Of a DNA stretch of 64,000 nt, positions 27,826 through 38,454 are shown piece by piece. This DNA comes from Candidatus Eiseniibacteriota bacterium (GTDB lineage Bacteria; Eisenbacteria; RBG-16-71-46). The position numbers were made by a program, and so were the translations under genes. The notes under the pieces were generated by a model that saw only the letters and a program-made list of their open reading frames with translations, did no database searches and was not told the origin of the DNA. How positions within the stretch are numbered: the stretch's first letter is position 1; the number at the start of each line of letters is the position of its first letter. The DNA lies in contig CAVZLN010000008.1 of assembly GCA_963776245.1 (NCBI GenBank), positions 192,001 to 256,000 of the forward strand, given 5' to 3'.

Positions 27826-28860
27826 ATGCATGGTCTCCGCCGCGCCTGGATCGGATCGGCGCTCGCGTCGGTGATGGCCGCGACGCTCGCGTTCGCGATG
27901 GACCCCCTGCCGAAGACGCCGCCCATCCCCGCCGACAACCCGCAGACGGTCGCCAAGGCCGAGCTGGGCAAGATGCTGTTCTTCGACCCGCGGCTCTCGA
28001 AGACCGGCACGGTGTCCTGCAACTCGTGCCACAACGTGATGGAGGCCGGCGAGGACGACCGGCCCAACTCGGTCGGCGTGGACGGGAAGACCGGCGACCG
28101 TTCGGCGCCCACGGTGTGGAACGCCGCCTACCTCTCGTCCCAGTTCTGGGACGGGCGCGCGGGCACGCTCGAGGAGCAGGCCAAGGGCCCGATGGTGAAT
28201 CCGATCGAGATGGGCATGCCGGACCACGGGTTCGTGGTGGGGCGGCTGGAGCGGATCCCCGGCTACGCCCCGCGCTTCGCGGCGGTGTTCGGCGCCACCC
28301 GGCCGCTCACCATCGAGAACGTGGCCAAGGCCATCGCCTGCTACGAGCGCACGCTGATCACCCCCAACAGCGCCTTCGACCGCTACGCGCGCGGCGACAA
28401 GGCGGCGCTGAGCGCGGCCGCGGTGCGCGGCATGAAGACCGCCGAGAGCGTCGGGTGCACCGCGTGCCACAGCGGCCCGGTGTTCGCCGGTCCGATCACC
28501 ACGCCGGGCACGCCGTTCCTGCAGAAGTTCCCGGCCTACACCGACAACGGCTACGTCGCGCAGTACCGGCTGGCCGACGACCCGGGCCGCTTCAAGGTCA
28601 CGAAGGACGAGGCCGACCGGCACTTCTGGCGCGTGCCGATGTGGCGCAACGTGGCCCTCACCGCGCCCTACTTCCACAATGGCGCGGTGCCGACGCTGCA
28701 CGAGGCGGTGAAGGTGATGGCGAAGGCCCAGCTCGGGAAGGACCTGACCGACGCCGAGGCGGGTGACATCGTCGCCTTCCTCGAGAGCCTCAACGGCACC
28801 TTCCCCGCGCAGACCATGCCGCGCCTGCCCGAGACCCCGGGGCACACGCTGATCGACTGA
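27826..28860 (+). CDS. Di-haem cytochrome c peroxidase
   Basis: Two CxxCH motifs (CNSCH, CTACH); QFWDGRA and TAPYFHNG; signal peptide; GGAGGT RBS. Confidence 0.93.
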   Translation: MHGLRRAWIGSALASVMAATLAFAMDPLPKTPPIPADNPQTVAKAELGKMLFFDPRLSKTGTVSCNSCHNVMEAGEDDRPNSVGVDGKTGDRSAPTVWNAAYLSSQFWDGRAGTLEEQAKGPMVNPIEMGMPDHGFVVGRLERIPGYAPRFAAVFGATRPLTIENVAKAIACYERTLITPNSAFDRYARGDKAALSAAAVRGMKTAESVGCTACHSGPVFAGPITTPGTPFLQKFPAYTDNGYVAQYRLADDPGRFKVTKDEADRHFWRVPMWRNVALTAPYFHNGAVPTLHEAVKVMAKAQLGKDLTDAEAGDIVAFLESLNGTFPAQTMPRLPETPGHTLID

Positions 28861-28861
28861 G

Positions 28862-28903
28862 CGCGACGGCGGGGCGCCCCATCGGCCGGGGCGCCCCGTC
28901 GCG
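28862..28903. terminator. GC-rich hairpin between convergent ccp and fabF
   Basis: CGGGGCGCCCC-N7-GGGGCGCCCCG stem; no U tract. Confidence 0.5.
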
Positions 28904-28938
28904 TCACGCCGGCGGCGCCGCGCCCGGCGCGGAGGCGC

Positions 28939-30180
28939 TCACTCGATGTCGAGCCGCCGGAACACCAGCACGCCGTTGTGCCCGCCGAAGCCGAAGGCGT
29001 TCGACATCACGCACCGCACGTCCGCGCGGCGCGCCTGATTCGGCACGTAGTCGAGGTCGCACGCCGGATCCGGCTGCAGCAGGTTGATGGTGGGATGGAT
29101 CACGCCGTGCCGCAGCGTGAGCACCGCGGCCACCGCCTCGATGGACGCCGACCCGGAGAGCGAGTGCCCGGTCATGGACTTGGTGGAGTGCACCGCGAGG
29201 CGGTAGGCGTGGTCGCCGAACACCCGCTTGATGGCCGCGGTCTCCACCGCGTCGTTGATCGGCGTCGAGGTGCCGTGCGCGTTCACCACGTCCACCTGCT
29301 CGGGGGCGATCCCGGCGTCGGCCAGCGCCATCCGCATCGCGCGGGTGGCGCCGCGCCCCTCGGGATCGGGCGCGGTGAGGTGATGGCCGTCGGCCGTGAC
29401 GCCATAGCCCACCAGTTCGGCGAGCGGGGTGGCGCCACGACCGCGCGCGTGGTCGAGCGTCTCGAGCACCACCATCCCCGCGCCCTCCGCGATCACGAAC
29501 CCGTCGCGGTCGGCGCTGAACGGGCGCGAGGCGGTGGCCGGGGAATCATTGCGGGTCGAGAGCGCGCGCAACTGGCAGTAGCTGTCGACGGCGAACGGCG
29601 AGATGGTGCTCTCGGACGAGCCCGCGACCACCGCCCGGGCGCGGCCCAGACGCAGCAGGTCGAGCGCGGTGCCGATCGCATGCGCGCCGGTGGCGCAGGC
29701 GGTGGAAAGCGACAGGTTCGGGCCGCGGCATCCGGTCTCCATCGCCACCACTCCGGCGGCCATGTTGGAGATCACGATCGGCACCGTGAGCGGATTGAAG
29801 CGCCCCGGCCCCTTGGCGAGGAACGCCTCGTGTTCCCGTTCGAGCACCTCGAAGCCGCCCACCGTGGATCCCACCACCACGCCCACGTCCTCGCGCGTCT
29901 CGCCTTCGGGCAGCCGCGCGTCGGCGAGGGCCTCGATCGCCGCGGCGAGCGCGAGCTGGGAGAAGCGCGCGGTGCGCTTGAGCGTGCGGGACGGGAGGAG
30001 CCGCTCGGGCTCGAAGTCGGTCACCTCTCCCGCGATGCGACTGCGCAGCCCCGAGGCATCGAAGGCGCGGATCGGGCCGACGCCCGAGCGCCCGTGGACC
30101 AGCGCGTCCCAGAACGCCGGCACCCCGGTGCCGACCGAGGCGCACACGCCCAGCCCGGTCACCACGATGCGGGGGTGCAT
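28939..30180 (-). CDS. fabF: Beta-ketoacyl-ACP synthase II
   Basis: STACATG, NAHGTST, KSMTGH and NAFGFGGHN motifs (Cys-His-His triad). Confidence 0.93.
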   Translation of the reverse strand: MHPRIVVTGLGVCASVGTGVPAFWDALVHGRSGVGPIRAFDASGLRSRIAGEVTDFEPERLLPSRTLKRTARFSQLALAAAIEALADARLPEGETREDVGVVVGSTVGGFEVLEREHEAFLAKGPGRFNPLTVPIVISNMAAGVVAMETGCRGPNLSLSTACATGAHAIGTALDLLRLGRARAVVAGSSESTISPFAVDSYCQLRALSTRNDSPATASRPFSADRDGFVIAEGAGMVVLETLDHARGRGATPLAELVGYGVTADGHHLTAPDPEGRGATRAMRMALADAGIAPEQVDVVNAHGTSTPINDAVETAAIKRVFGDHAYRLAVHSTKSMTGHSLSGSASIEAVAAVLTLRHGVIHPTINLLQPDPACDLDYVPNQARRADVRCVMSNAFGFGGHNGVLVFRRLDIE

Positions 30181-30427
30181 GCGTCAGTCCGCCCCGGCGC
30201 GATGCGGTGCCCACGGCGACGGCGGTCGATCACGGCGCGACGGTCCGGCGTGCACGGGGCCTCCGGTTCCTGGGGGCGTTCCACTCGTAGGCGCGCACCA
30301 TAATGGAGACGGGCGCCGAGATGAAGCCCGAAACCCCGCGAGGCCCTCGTTCCGGCCGCCGCGGCGGCCGGGAGCCGGGCCGCGGCCCGGAATCGGGGCC
30401 GCGGGACGGCGGCCCCCCCGCCACGGC

Positions 30428-30455
30428 TTGCCCGCGCGGCGCAGCCTGATACATT
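30428..30455 (+). promoter_or_regulatory. Putative sigma70 promoter for nfeD-SPFH
   Basis: TTGCCC-16 nt-TACATT with an extended TG. Confidence 0.45.
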
Positions 30456-30504
30456 GCCCACCGATCCTGGCCGCTCGTCGCGGCCGGCGGAGGAGGGCAG
30501 AGTG

Positions 30505-30942
30505 ATGGCGTTCGACTGGAACTGGGTGCTCATCGTCGGCGGCGCGCTGCTGGTGCTCGTCGAGGTGGCGCTCGGGGGATTCGCGGGCTTCGACCTGGTG
30601 CTCATCGGTTCGGCGCTGGTGCTCGGCGGCGCGCTCGGGCTCGTGTTCCAGAACACCGCCCTCGGCTTCCTGGTGGCCGGTGTCCTGTGCGTCGCCTACA
30701 TCGTCGCCGGACGGCGCTGGGTGCGGGCGCGGATGCTCCACCGCAAGGTGGCGAGCAACGTGGACGCGATCATCGGCCAGCGCGCCCTGGTGATGACGCC
30801 CGTCACCGAGCACGTGGCGGGGCAGGTGAAGGTGCGGAGCGAGACGTGGCGCGCGCTGCCGGCGCCCGGGGCGGGGCCGTTCGAGCCCGGCACCGAGGTG
30901 ACCGTGGATGGCGTGGATGGCGTGACCCTTCAGGTGAGGTGA
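30505..30942 (+). CDS. NfeD family protein (short, OB-fold)
   Basis: N-terminal TM segments, then GQVKVRSETWRA...VDGVTLQV; lies upstream of SPFH; GGAGG RBS. Confidence 0.9.
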   Translation: MAFDWNWVLIVGGALLVLVEVALGGFAGFDLVLIGSALVLGGALGLVFQNTALGFLVAGVLCVAYIVAGRRWVRARMLHRKVASNVDAIIGQRALVMTPVTEHVAGQVKVRSETWRALPAPGAGPFEPGTEVTVDGVDGVTLQVR

Positions 30943-30945
30943 CCC

Positions 30946-31827
30946 ATGGAGCTGCTCGGACCGTTCATGTCGATGCTGTTGATCATCGTGGTGCTCATCG
31001 CCGTGATCTCGCTGGCGCGTTCGGCGCGCGTCGTGGCCCAGTACGAGAAGGGGCTGGTGCTGAGGCTCGGCCGCTATCGTTCCACGGTGGACTCGGGGCT
31101 CACCTTCCTGGTGCCGGTCATCGAGGACATGCTCAAGGTGGACATGCGCGAGCGCGTGATCAACGTGGAGCCCCAGAAGGTCATCACCAAGGACAACGTC
31201 TCGGTGACCGTGGACGCGGTGATCTACTACCGCATCAGCGACCCGGTGAAGGCCACCTTCGAGGTCCAGAACTTCGCCTATGCCGCCACCACGCTGGCGC
31301 AGACCAACCTGCGCAATCTGATCGGCGACAAATCGCTGGACGAGACGCTCACCGCGCGCGATACCATCAACGCCAACCTGCGGCTGGTGCTCGACGAGGC
31401 GACCAACACGTGGGGCGTGAAGGTCACGCGGGTCGAGGTCCAGAAGATCGATCCGCCCGCCGACATCACCGAGGCGATGTCGCGGCAGATGAAGGCCGAG
31501 CGTGACAAGCGCGCCAACATCCTCGAGGCCGAGGGCGTGAAGCAGTCGCAGATCCTCGCGGCCGAGGGGGTGCGCCAGTCCGAGATCCTGCGGGCCGAGG
31601 GCGACGCGCAGGCGAAGATCACCCGCGCCACCGCCGAGGCCCGGGCCATCGAGATGGTGTCGAACGCGGCGGAGGCCTTCTTCAAGGAGCGCGCCGAGGT
31701 GAGCAAGCGCCTCGACGTTCTCAACAACGTGCTCGCCCAGCAGTCCAAGTTCATCGTGCCCTCGGGCTCCGATCTGGTGAACGTGCTCGGGCTCGACGAC
31801 CGGACGGTGGTGCCGATCAAGAAGTAG
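30946..31827 (+). CDS. SPFH/stomatin (band 7) protein
   Basis: [28 protein letters not shown] and [10 protein letters not shown] motifs. Confidence 0.95.
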   Translation: MELLGPFMSMLLIIVVLIAVISLARSARVVAQYEKGLVLRLGRYRSTVDSGLTFLVPVIEDMLKVDMRERVINVEPQKVITKDNVSVTVDAVIYYRISDPVKATFEVQNFAYAATTLAQTNLRNLIGDKSLDETLTARDTINANLRLVLDEATNTWGVKVTRVEVQKIDPPADITEAMSRQMKAERDKRANILEAEGVKQSQILAAEGVRQSEILRAEGDAQAKITRATAEARAIEMVSNAAEAFFKERAEVSKRLDVLNNVLAQQSKFIVPSGSDLVNVLGLDDRTVVPIKK

Positions 31828-31844
31828 CGCCGGTCGCGGTGCGG

Positions 31845-31880
31845 CGGGGCGTCTCCCGGCGGGAGGCGCCCCGTTCCCTT
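31845..31880 (+). terminator. Terminator-like hairpin after the SPFH gene
   Basis: CGGGGCGTCTCCC-GGC-GGGAGGCGCCCCG stem (one G-U pair) followed by TTCCCTTT. Confidence 0.6.
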
Positions 31881-31894
31881 TCCCGGGGCGCCGC

Positions 31895-32857
31895 TCAGTC
31901 GCGGCCGGCGCGTCCCGCGCCGGGGCGCTCCGGCCCGGCGTCGCCGCGCAGCACGGCGCGGATGTCGGCGAGCGCGAGGGCGCCCTGGCCGAGCGCCACC
32001 GGCACGCTCGGCAATCGCGGACGCGTCACGTCCCCGGCCGCCCACACGCCGGGCGCCGAGGTGCGAAGCCGCGCGTCCACCGGCAGGTAGCCGTCGGCGT
32101 CCCGTTCCAGAGCGCCCGCGCACCATTCGGTGTTGGGCGTCGCGCCCAGCTTGATGACCACGCCCTCGACCACGCGCACCCGCTCGTCGAGCCCGTCGGA
32201 GAGGCGCACCGCGCGCACCCGGTCCTCGCCCTCGATGGCGACCACCCGGGTGCCCTCGAGCACCTCGATGCGCGGCTCGGCCGCGACCCGCGACCGGAAC
32301 TCGGCGCGCGCCCGCGGCCGGCCGCGCACCGCGATGCCCACTCGGCAGCCGGCGGCCGCGAGGATGAGCGCGTTCTCGAACGCGGCGTCGCCACCGCCCA
32401 CCACCAGCACGTCGCGACCGGCGAAGCGCTCGCGATCGCGGGTCGCGGATGACGACACCCCGCGCCCCTCGAGCTCGCGCTCGCCCGGCACCTCGAGGTG
32501 ACGACGGCGCAGCCCGGTCGCGACCAGCACCGCCCGGGCCTCGTGGCGGGCCCCGCCGGCGGTGCGCACCGCACAGCTCGTGCCGGCACGGGCCGGCTCG
32601 AGCGCCGTCACCGCATCGCCCAGCGACGCCGCGATGCCGCGCTCCTCGAGCTGGCGCGCCATCACCGCGGCGACCGTGGGACCGTCTCCCGACGCGAGCC
32701 CCGCCCAGTCGCGCGGGTGGAAGTGGATGGCGAGCAGCTGGCCCCCCACTCGCGCGGCGCCTTCGACCAGCGTCACGGCGAGATCGAACTCGCGCGCCCA
32801 CAGCGCCGCCGAGATCCCGGCCGGGCCGGCGCCCACGATCACCAGGTCGGGGCTCAC
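31895..32857 (-). CDS. Thioredoxin-reductase-like NAD(P)/FAD oxidoreductase lacking CxxC
   Basis: [31 protein letters not shown] and [12 protein letters not shown] motifs. Confidence 0.88.
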   Translation of the reverse strand: MSPDLVIVGAGPAGISAALWAREFDLAVTLVEGAARVGGQLLAIHFHPRDWAGLASGDGPTVAAVMARQLEERGIAASLGDAVTALEPARAGTSCAVRTAGGARHEARAVLVATGLRRRHLEVPGERELEGRGVSSSATRDRERFAGRDVLVVGGGDAAFENALILAAAGCRVGIAVRGRPRARAEFRSRVAAEPRIEVLEGTRVVAIEGEDRVRAVRLSDGLDERVRVVEGVVIKLGATPNTEWCAGALERDADGYLPVDARLRTSAPGVWAAGDVTRPRLPSVPVALGQGALALADIRAVLRGDAGPERPGAGRAGRD

Positions 32858-33615
32858 GCGACCGGCGCCGCGGCCTCCGCCGCGACCTCCCAGAACGTCT
32901 TGGGCTCGAGCGGCGCCAGCCCGTGCCGCCGCGCCAGCCGCGCGAGGCACTCGAGCCGCTCGGGACCGAGGTCCGCCGACGCGTTGCCGAGCGCGCGCAG
33001 GCGCACTTCGACGCTCACGCCGTGCACGCGTCGCGGCGTGGTGAGCGCGGCCGCGCGCAGCAGGAAGTCCCAGTCCTCGGAGTAGCGGAAGCTCTCGTCG
33101 AAGCCCGCGAGGCGCTCGAACAGCGCGCGCCGCACGCCCCAGGTGCTCGGCGGCACGTGGTCGTCACGGCGCACGCGCGCGTCATCCCAGTCGAGCGCCA
33201 CCATCTGCCGGTCGAGCTCCACGCGCGCGCCCGAGGGGTCCACGCGCTCGCGCACCGCCGCCCAGTCGGTGAAGGCGAGGTCGACCGCGTCGTCCTCGAA
33301 CGCGCGGGTCAGCCGGGCGAGGTGGTCCGCGCGCCAGCGGTCGTCGTCGTCGAGGAACGCGAGCACCTCGCCGCGCGCGCCCGCGACGGCCGCGTTGCGC
33401 GCCGCTGCCGCCTGACCGGCGCGCACCGGCACCACCGTCACCTCGAGGGAGGCGAGCGCCGCGGCGGCCTCGTGCGCGGGCCGCTCGCCGTCGTCCGCGA
33501 TCCGCACCTCGAGCGGGCGCAGGGTCTGCGCGGCGACCGTCGCGAGCGCGTCGCGCAGCAGCTCGGGGCGATCGCGGGTCGCCATCACCACCGTCACCGT
33601 GCGACCGGCGGCCAT
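32854..33615 (-). CDS. Glycosyltransferase family 2
   Basis: [23 protein letters not shown] and [13 protein letters not shown] motifs. Confidence 0.9.
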   Translation of the reverse strand: MAAGRTVTVVMATRDRPELLRDALATVAAQTLRPLEVRIADDGERPAHEAAAALASLEVTVVPVRAGQAAAARNAAVAGARGEVLAFLDDDDRWRADHLARLTRAFEDDAVDLAFTDWAAVRERVDPSGARVELDRQMVALDWDDARVRRDDHVPPSTWGVRRALFERLAGFDESFRYSEDWDFLLRAAALTTPRRVHGVSVEVRLRALGNASADLGPERLECLARLARRHGLAPLEPKTFWEVAAEAAAPVA

Positions 33616-33622
33616 GGGCTGC

Positions 33623-34203
33623 TCAGCCCCGGGACGGCCCGTCGCCGCGCAGCGCCTGCGCCCAGCGCGGCTCCGCGAGCGCGCCGCGGACGGTGCGCGT
33701 CTCGATCCAGCCGGTCGTTGCGGATCGCCGCGCATCTCCATGCACAGGTGGCGCGCCTCGAGCACCACCGCCACGCCGCGCGGCGCCAGCAACCGCTCGA
33801 GATGGTCGGCGATCTGTGTGGTGATGCGCTCCTGCAGCTGCGGCCGTCGCGCGTAGCGGTCCAGCAGCCGGGCCAGCCCGCTGATGCCGATGATGCGCTC
33901 GCCCGGCAGGTAGGCGATCAGCGCGCGCCCGAAGAACGGCACGAAGTGGTGCACGCACACCGAGTGGAACGGCAGGTCGCGCGCCAGCACCAGGTCGTCC
34001 CCCCCGGGTGCGGGAAGGTGACGAGTTCGGGCTCGGTGGCCGGATCGAGGCCGTCGAAGACCTCGAGATACAGGTCCGCGACCCGGGCCGGGGTGGCGTC
34101 GAGCTCGGGCTCGGTGGCCGGGATCGAGACCGAGGGCGCGGATGAGGCTGGCGACGGCGCGCTCGGCGGCGGCGCGGTCGGGGCCGGGACGGCTCGAGGC
34201 CAC
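33623..34203 (-). CDS. folE: GTP cyclohydrolase I (FolE), interrupted by about 3 frameshifts (probable sequence errors)
   Basis: [30 protein letters not shown] and [11 protein letters not shown] motifs; frame changes near 34119, 34003 and 33722; GGAGG RBS before the GTG at 34203. Confidence 0.88.
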
Positions 34204-34222
34204 GTATCCCTCCCGCGAAGCG

Positions 34223-34250
34223 GCGGGGCCGGTCGTTCGACCGGCCCCGC
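34223..34250 (-). terminator. Hairpin immediately 3' of tRNA-Gly
   Basis: GCGGGGCCGGTCG-TT-CGACCGGCCCCGC is a perfect inverted repeat; weak U tract. Confidence 0.6.
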
Positions 34251-34255
34251 GAAGA

Positions 34256-34332
34256 TGGAGCGGAAGACGGGATTTGAACCCGCGACATCCACCTTGGCAA
34301 GGTGGCGCTCTACCGGTCTGAGCTACTTCCGC
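34256..34332 (-). tRNA. tRNA-Gly (GCC)
   Basis: GCGGAAGTAGCTCAGACCGGTAGAGCGCCACCTTGCCAAGGTGGATGTCGCGGGTTCAAATCCCGTCTTCCGCTCCA folds as a cloverleaf with encoded CCA. Confidence 0.98.
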
Positions 34333-34349
34333 ACGATTCGAGTGGGGGG

Positions 34350-34379
34350 AATATAGCGTTCCCGCTTCGCGACCGTCAA
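34350..34379 (-). promoter_or_regulatory. Sigma70 promoter of tRNA-Gly
   Basis: TTGACG-18 nt-TATATT on the minus strand, just upstream of the tRNA. Confidence 0.7.
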
Positions 34380-34425
34380 GACAGCGCACGCGCGCGGCCT
34401 CGGGCCAATCGCGCCCGGAGCGGCG

Positions 34426-34454
34426 TTCCGATGCGGAGGGGGCTTGGGTATAGT
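34426..34454 (+). promoter_or_regulatory. Sigma70 promoter of lysC (likely leaderless)
   Basis: TTCCGA-17 nt-TATAGT, with the ATG 6 nt after the -10 box. Confidence 0.55.
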
Positions 34455-34460
34455 GCGCCC

Positions 34461-35667
34461 ATGCCCTTGCTGGTCCAGAAGTACGGCGGCACCTCGGTGG
34501 ACGGCGCCGAGCGCATCCGCGCGGTGGCGCGCCGGGTCGCCGCCGCGCGCGCGGCGGGCAACGACACCGTGGTGGTGGTGTCCGCGATGGGCCACACCAC
34601 CGACGAACTGCTGGCGCTCGCACGCGAGGTCTCGCCCGCCCCGAGCCGGCGCGAGCTCGACATGCTGCTCACCACCGGCGAGCGCGTGTCGATGGCGCTG
34701 CTCGCGATGGCGCTGCACGACCTGGGGGTGGACGCGATCTCGTTCACCGGCTCGCAGAGCGGCGTGCTCACCGATTCCGCCCACGGCGCGGCGCGCATCA
34801 CGGGCGTCCGCCCCGACCGCATCCGCGCGGAGCTCGAGCGCGGGCGCGTCGTGATCGTGGCCGGCTTCCAGGGCGTGAACCCCGAGACCCGGGAGATCAC
34901 CACGCTCGGCCGGGGCGGCTCCGACACCACCGCCGTGGCGCTGGCCGCCGTGCTCGGCGGCGACTGCGAGATCTACACCGACGTGGCCGGGGTGTTCACC
35001 GCCGACCCGCGCGTCGCCCCGGGGGCGCGCCTGATCCCGGAGCTCTCCTATCGCGCGTGCTCGACGCTCGCCCACCTCGGCGGGCGCGTGCTGCACGCGC
35101 GCTGCGTGGACCTCGCCGCGCGCCATCGCGTGCCTCTCGTCGTGCGTTCGTCGTTCGACGACGTCACCGGGGACGCGGCTCGTGGAGGACGACATGGAAG
35201 GACCGCACGTCGACGCGGTGACCCACCGCGACGACTGTTCGATCGCGATCGCCGAAGGCAACGCCGGCGCAGCGGCGAGGCCCGCGGCATCCTCGAGGCG
35301 GTGGCCGCCGGAGCTGCCCGGGCTCGAGCTCGTCGCGCACGAGCAGGACACCGCGACGCACGGCGCGCATCGTGTGGATCGGGCACCCGCGCGGAGGTCG
35401 CGGAGCTGCAGGCGCGCTTCCGCGAACTGCGCGGGCCGGGCGGCGAGTGGCGGCTCGAGGTCGTGAACGACGCGGCGTTCGTCTCGGTGGTCGGCCTGGG
35501 GCTGGGCGCGCCCTCAGGCGGCACGCGCGGAGGCGGCGCTCGAGCGCGCCGGCGTGCCGCTGGTGGCGCTGCGCGTCACCCCGACCGCCCTCATCTTCCG
35601 CGTGCCCGACGACCGCTGCGAGGACGCGGTGCGCGCGCTGCACGCGGAGATGATCGAACGGGACTAG
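34461..35667 (+). CDS. lysC: Aspartate kinase, C-terminal half interrupted by several frameshifts
   Basis: [37 protein letters not shown] and [16 protein letters not shown]-like tail ...[13 protein letters not shown] ends at 35667; frame changes between about 35170 and 35530. Confidence 0.9.
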
Positions 35668-35685
35668 CGGGACGCCCGCGCCGTC

Positions 35686-36906
35686 TCAGCGGCGGCGGCG
35701 CTCCAGCAGGGCGGCCCAGCCCACGCCCGCCAGCCAGAGCAGCAGCACCTCGACGCTCATCCGATAGCGCAGCACGGTGTAGTAGCACGAGATCATCAGG
35801 GTGTAGGAGAGGATGCCGAGCGGGAAGGCGACCAGTCCGGCGCTCGCGATCCGACCGAGGCCGAGCAGCGCTCCCGCGAAGATCGCCAGGCTGCACGTGC
35901 CCTGCGCCCAATCGGTCACCGAGGTGCTGTAGGGGACGCGGGTGTGGGTGCGAGGGAACAGCGCCCACAGGTTCCGCACCCGCAGCAGGTAGAGCCACGC
36001 CGCCCGCCCCGGGTGCTCGCGGATGAATCGCCTGCCCGCCTCGTAGTAGAGGTTCTCCTGCTGGGCCGGCTGGGGGAGCCGGGCGATCACCGCCCGCATC
36101 GAGTCCGGCACCACCGGGAAGTACGTGGTGCCTCCCGTGTACGCGGGGTTGTTCCCCATCCAGAACACGCGTCCGCCCCCCACCGTGATGAGGAACCAGC
36201 GCCCATGGACCTGGTGGTTGCGCACGATCCACGGCAGGATCACGAGCGCGAGCGCCGCCGCGAAGGTCGCCCCCCACCGCATCATCCGCGCCCACCCGTG
36301 CCGGCGCAGCTGGAGGAACGCCCCGGCGGCCAGGCCCGGTAGCAGCGTGAAGAGCGTCGGCTTGCCGAGCAACGCGATGCCGTAGAGCGCGCCGGCCCCC
36401 AGCCAGCGCACCACCGAGGGGCGGCGCAGCGCGAAGGCCAGCATCCCGAAGGCGAGCACGGTCTGCAGCAGCAGCAGGTTCTCGGCATAGTGCGCGATCG
36501 GCAGGTACGCCATCACCGGATGCAGCGCGGCGAGCGCGGCCGCCAGCCATCCGGCAGCCGGCGAGAACAACGCGACCCCGAAGACCCCGATGAGGACGAC
36601 CGTGCCGGTCGCGAGCGCGGCTTCCACGAGACGCAGCGCGAACAGGTTGCGGCCGGTGACCGAGTACACGGCCCCGATCAGCACGGGGTAGGCGGGCGCA
36701 AGGTAGAAATCGGCGGTGTAGCGGTGCTCCGACGCCAGCAGCCAGCCGGCCTGCTCGTTGGCGCGCCCGTCCGGCCAGGCGATGGTCGGGGGCGCGGTGA
36801 ACACGAACGCCAGCCGCAGCGCGAGGGCCACCCCGATCACGGCCGCCCACGCCGCCGGGCCGCGCGCCAGGCGATCGAGCCGTCCCCCGGTGACTCCCGC
36901 GCTCAT
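35686..36906 (-). CDS. Glycosyltransferase family 39 / ArnT-like membrane protein
   Basis: WPDG...APAYP, AENL, LGKP and ILPWIVRN...GG..FWMGNNP motifs. Confidence 0.82.
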   Translation of the reverse strand: MSAGVTGGRLDRLARGPAAWAAVIGVALALRLAFVFTAPPTIAWPDGRANEQAGWLLASEHRYTADFYLAPAYPVLIGAVYSVTGRNLFALRLVEAALATGTVVLIGVFGVALFSPAAGWLAAALAALHPVMAYLPIAHYAENLLLLQTVLAFGMLAFALRRPSVVRWLGAGALYGIALLGKPTLFTLLPGLAAGAFLQLRRHGWARMMRWGATFAAALALVILPWIVRNHQVHGRWFLITVGGGRVFWMGNNPAYTGGTTYFPVVPDSMRAVIARLPQPAQQENLYYEAGRRFIREHPGRAAWLYLLRVRNLWALFPRTHTRVPYSTSVTDWAQGTCSLAIFAGALLGLGRIASAGLVAFPLGILSYTLMISCYYTVLRYRMSVEVLLLWLAGVGWAALLERRRR

Positions 36907-38435
36907 GGCTTCAGCATCCCGCGCACGGTCTCGATCGACGGCACGTCGTCCGTGGTGACCCGGGCGCGCGCCTCATCGTAGAGGGCGTCGTAGCCGTCGG
37001 CGCTCACGCGCCACGAGAAGTCCGCCGCCATGCCGTTGCGCTGGAGCGCGCGCCACAGTTCGGGCTGGCGATGGAACGCCAGCGCGCGGCGGAGCGTCTG
37101 CACCATGTCGTGCGGGTCGAAGCGCTCGAAGGTGAAGCCATTCCCCTCGCGCATGATGGGATCGAATTCGCGCACGGTGTCGGCGAGCCCGCCCACGGCG
37201 CGCACCACCGGCACCGTGCCGTAGCGCAGGCTGTACATCTGGTTGAGCCCGCAGGGCTCGTAGCGCGACGGCATGAAGAAGATGTCCGCCCCGCCCTCGA
37301 CCAGGTGCGCGAAGGGCTCGTCGTGGCCGCCGCGGTAGTGGAAGCGCTCGGGGTGCCGGGCGGCGAGGCGCCGGAACAGCTCCATGTAGCGCGGTTGCCC
37401 GGTGCCCAGCACGACGAAGCGCGCTTCGAGGCGCGACAGCTCGTGCTCCGCCTGCTCGACCAGGTCGAAGCCCTTCTGGACCACGAGGCGCGACGACCAT
37501 GCCGATCACCGGCCAGTCGGGCGCCCCCGGCAGCCCGGCTTCGCGCAGCAGCACGGCCCGATTGGCGGTCTTGCGCTCGAGCGTCTCGCGGTCGTAGCGG
37601 CTCGGCAGGTGGGGATCGCGCGCCGGATCCCAGACCGCGTCGTCGATGCCGTTGAGGATGCCGCGAGCACGTCGCCGCGGCGCTCGAGCAGGCCCTCGAG
37701 GCCGAACCCGAACTCGCCGGTGGTCTGCATCTCGCGCGCGTAGCGCGGGCTCACCGTGGTGATCATGTCCGCGAACACGATCCCGACCTTCATGTAGTTC
37801 ACGCGGCCCCAGAACTCGAACGGGCTGGCCGGATAGAACAGGTCGCGTCCGAAGCCCGCCAGCCCGAGCACCCACGGATCGTAGATGCCCTGGTAGCCGA
37901 GATTGTGGATCGTGAACACCGTCGCGACCCCGCCGAACGCCAGTTCGTAGGCGTCGTGGGTGCGGACAAAGCACGGCGCCCACGCCGCCTGGTGGTCGTG
38001 GGCGTGGATCACGTCGAAGCGCTCGCCGATGCGCTTGAGCCCCTCGAGGGCGGCGCGCGCGAAGAACAGGAAGCGCTCGGCGTTGTCGGGCCAGCCCTCG
38101 CCGGTGTGCGGGTCGTCGTACACGCCGGGGCGGTCGAAGAAGCGGCGCTCGCCCGCGTGTCCGACCAGCAGCACGCGCGGACCGGCGCCGGGCGGCTCGA
38201 GCAGCGAGAACCCCGCGGGCTCGCGCCCCATGCCCCACGGCACCAGGGCGCCGTCGAGCTCGCGGTGGGACCAGCCCGGCGGCACCTCGAGTGTCGCGTA
38301 GCGCGGCAGCGCCACGGTCACGCGGTGACCGCGGCGCGACTGCTCGGACGAGAGCGCGCCGATGACGTCGCCGAGCCCGCCGACCTTGACGAACGGCGAC
38401 ATCTCGCTCGCGATGTGCGCGATCGTGAGCTTCAT
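36903..38435 (-). CDS. glgA: Glycogen synthase, with two compensating frameshifts
   Basis: KVGGLGDV, HAHDHQ, TIHNLGYQG, GILNGID and PSRYEPCGLNQMYSLRYG; frame slips near 37665 and 37494. Confidence 0.93.
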
Positions 38436-38454
38436 CGAGGCCCCGCGGCCCGGC

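Noticed and set aside
33999..34006. C-homopolymer at a folE frame change as phase variation or programmed frameshifting
   Set aside because: Most other frameshifts nearby are not in long homopolymers or slippery sites, so sequencing error explains all of them more simply.
34256..34332. tRNA-Gly as an integration site for a prophage or island
   Set aside because: No integrase and no duplicated tRNA 3' end were seen in the window.
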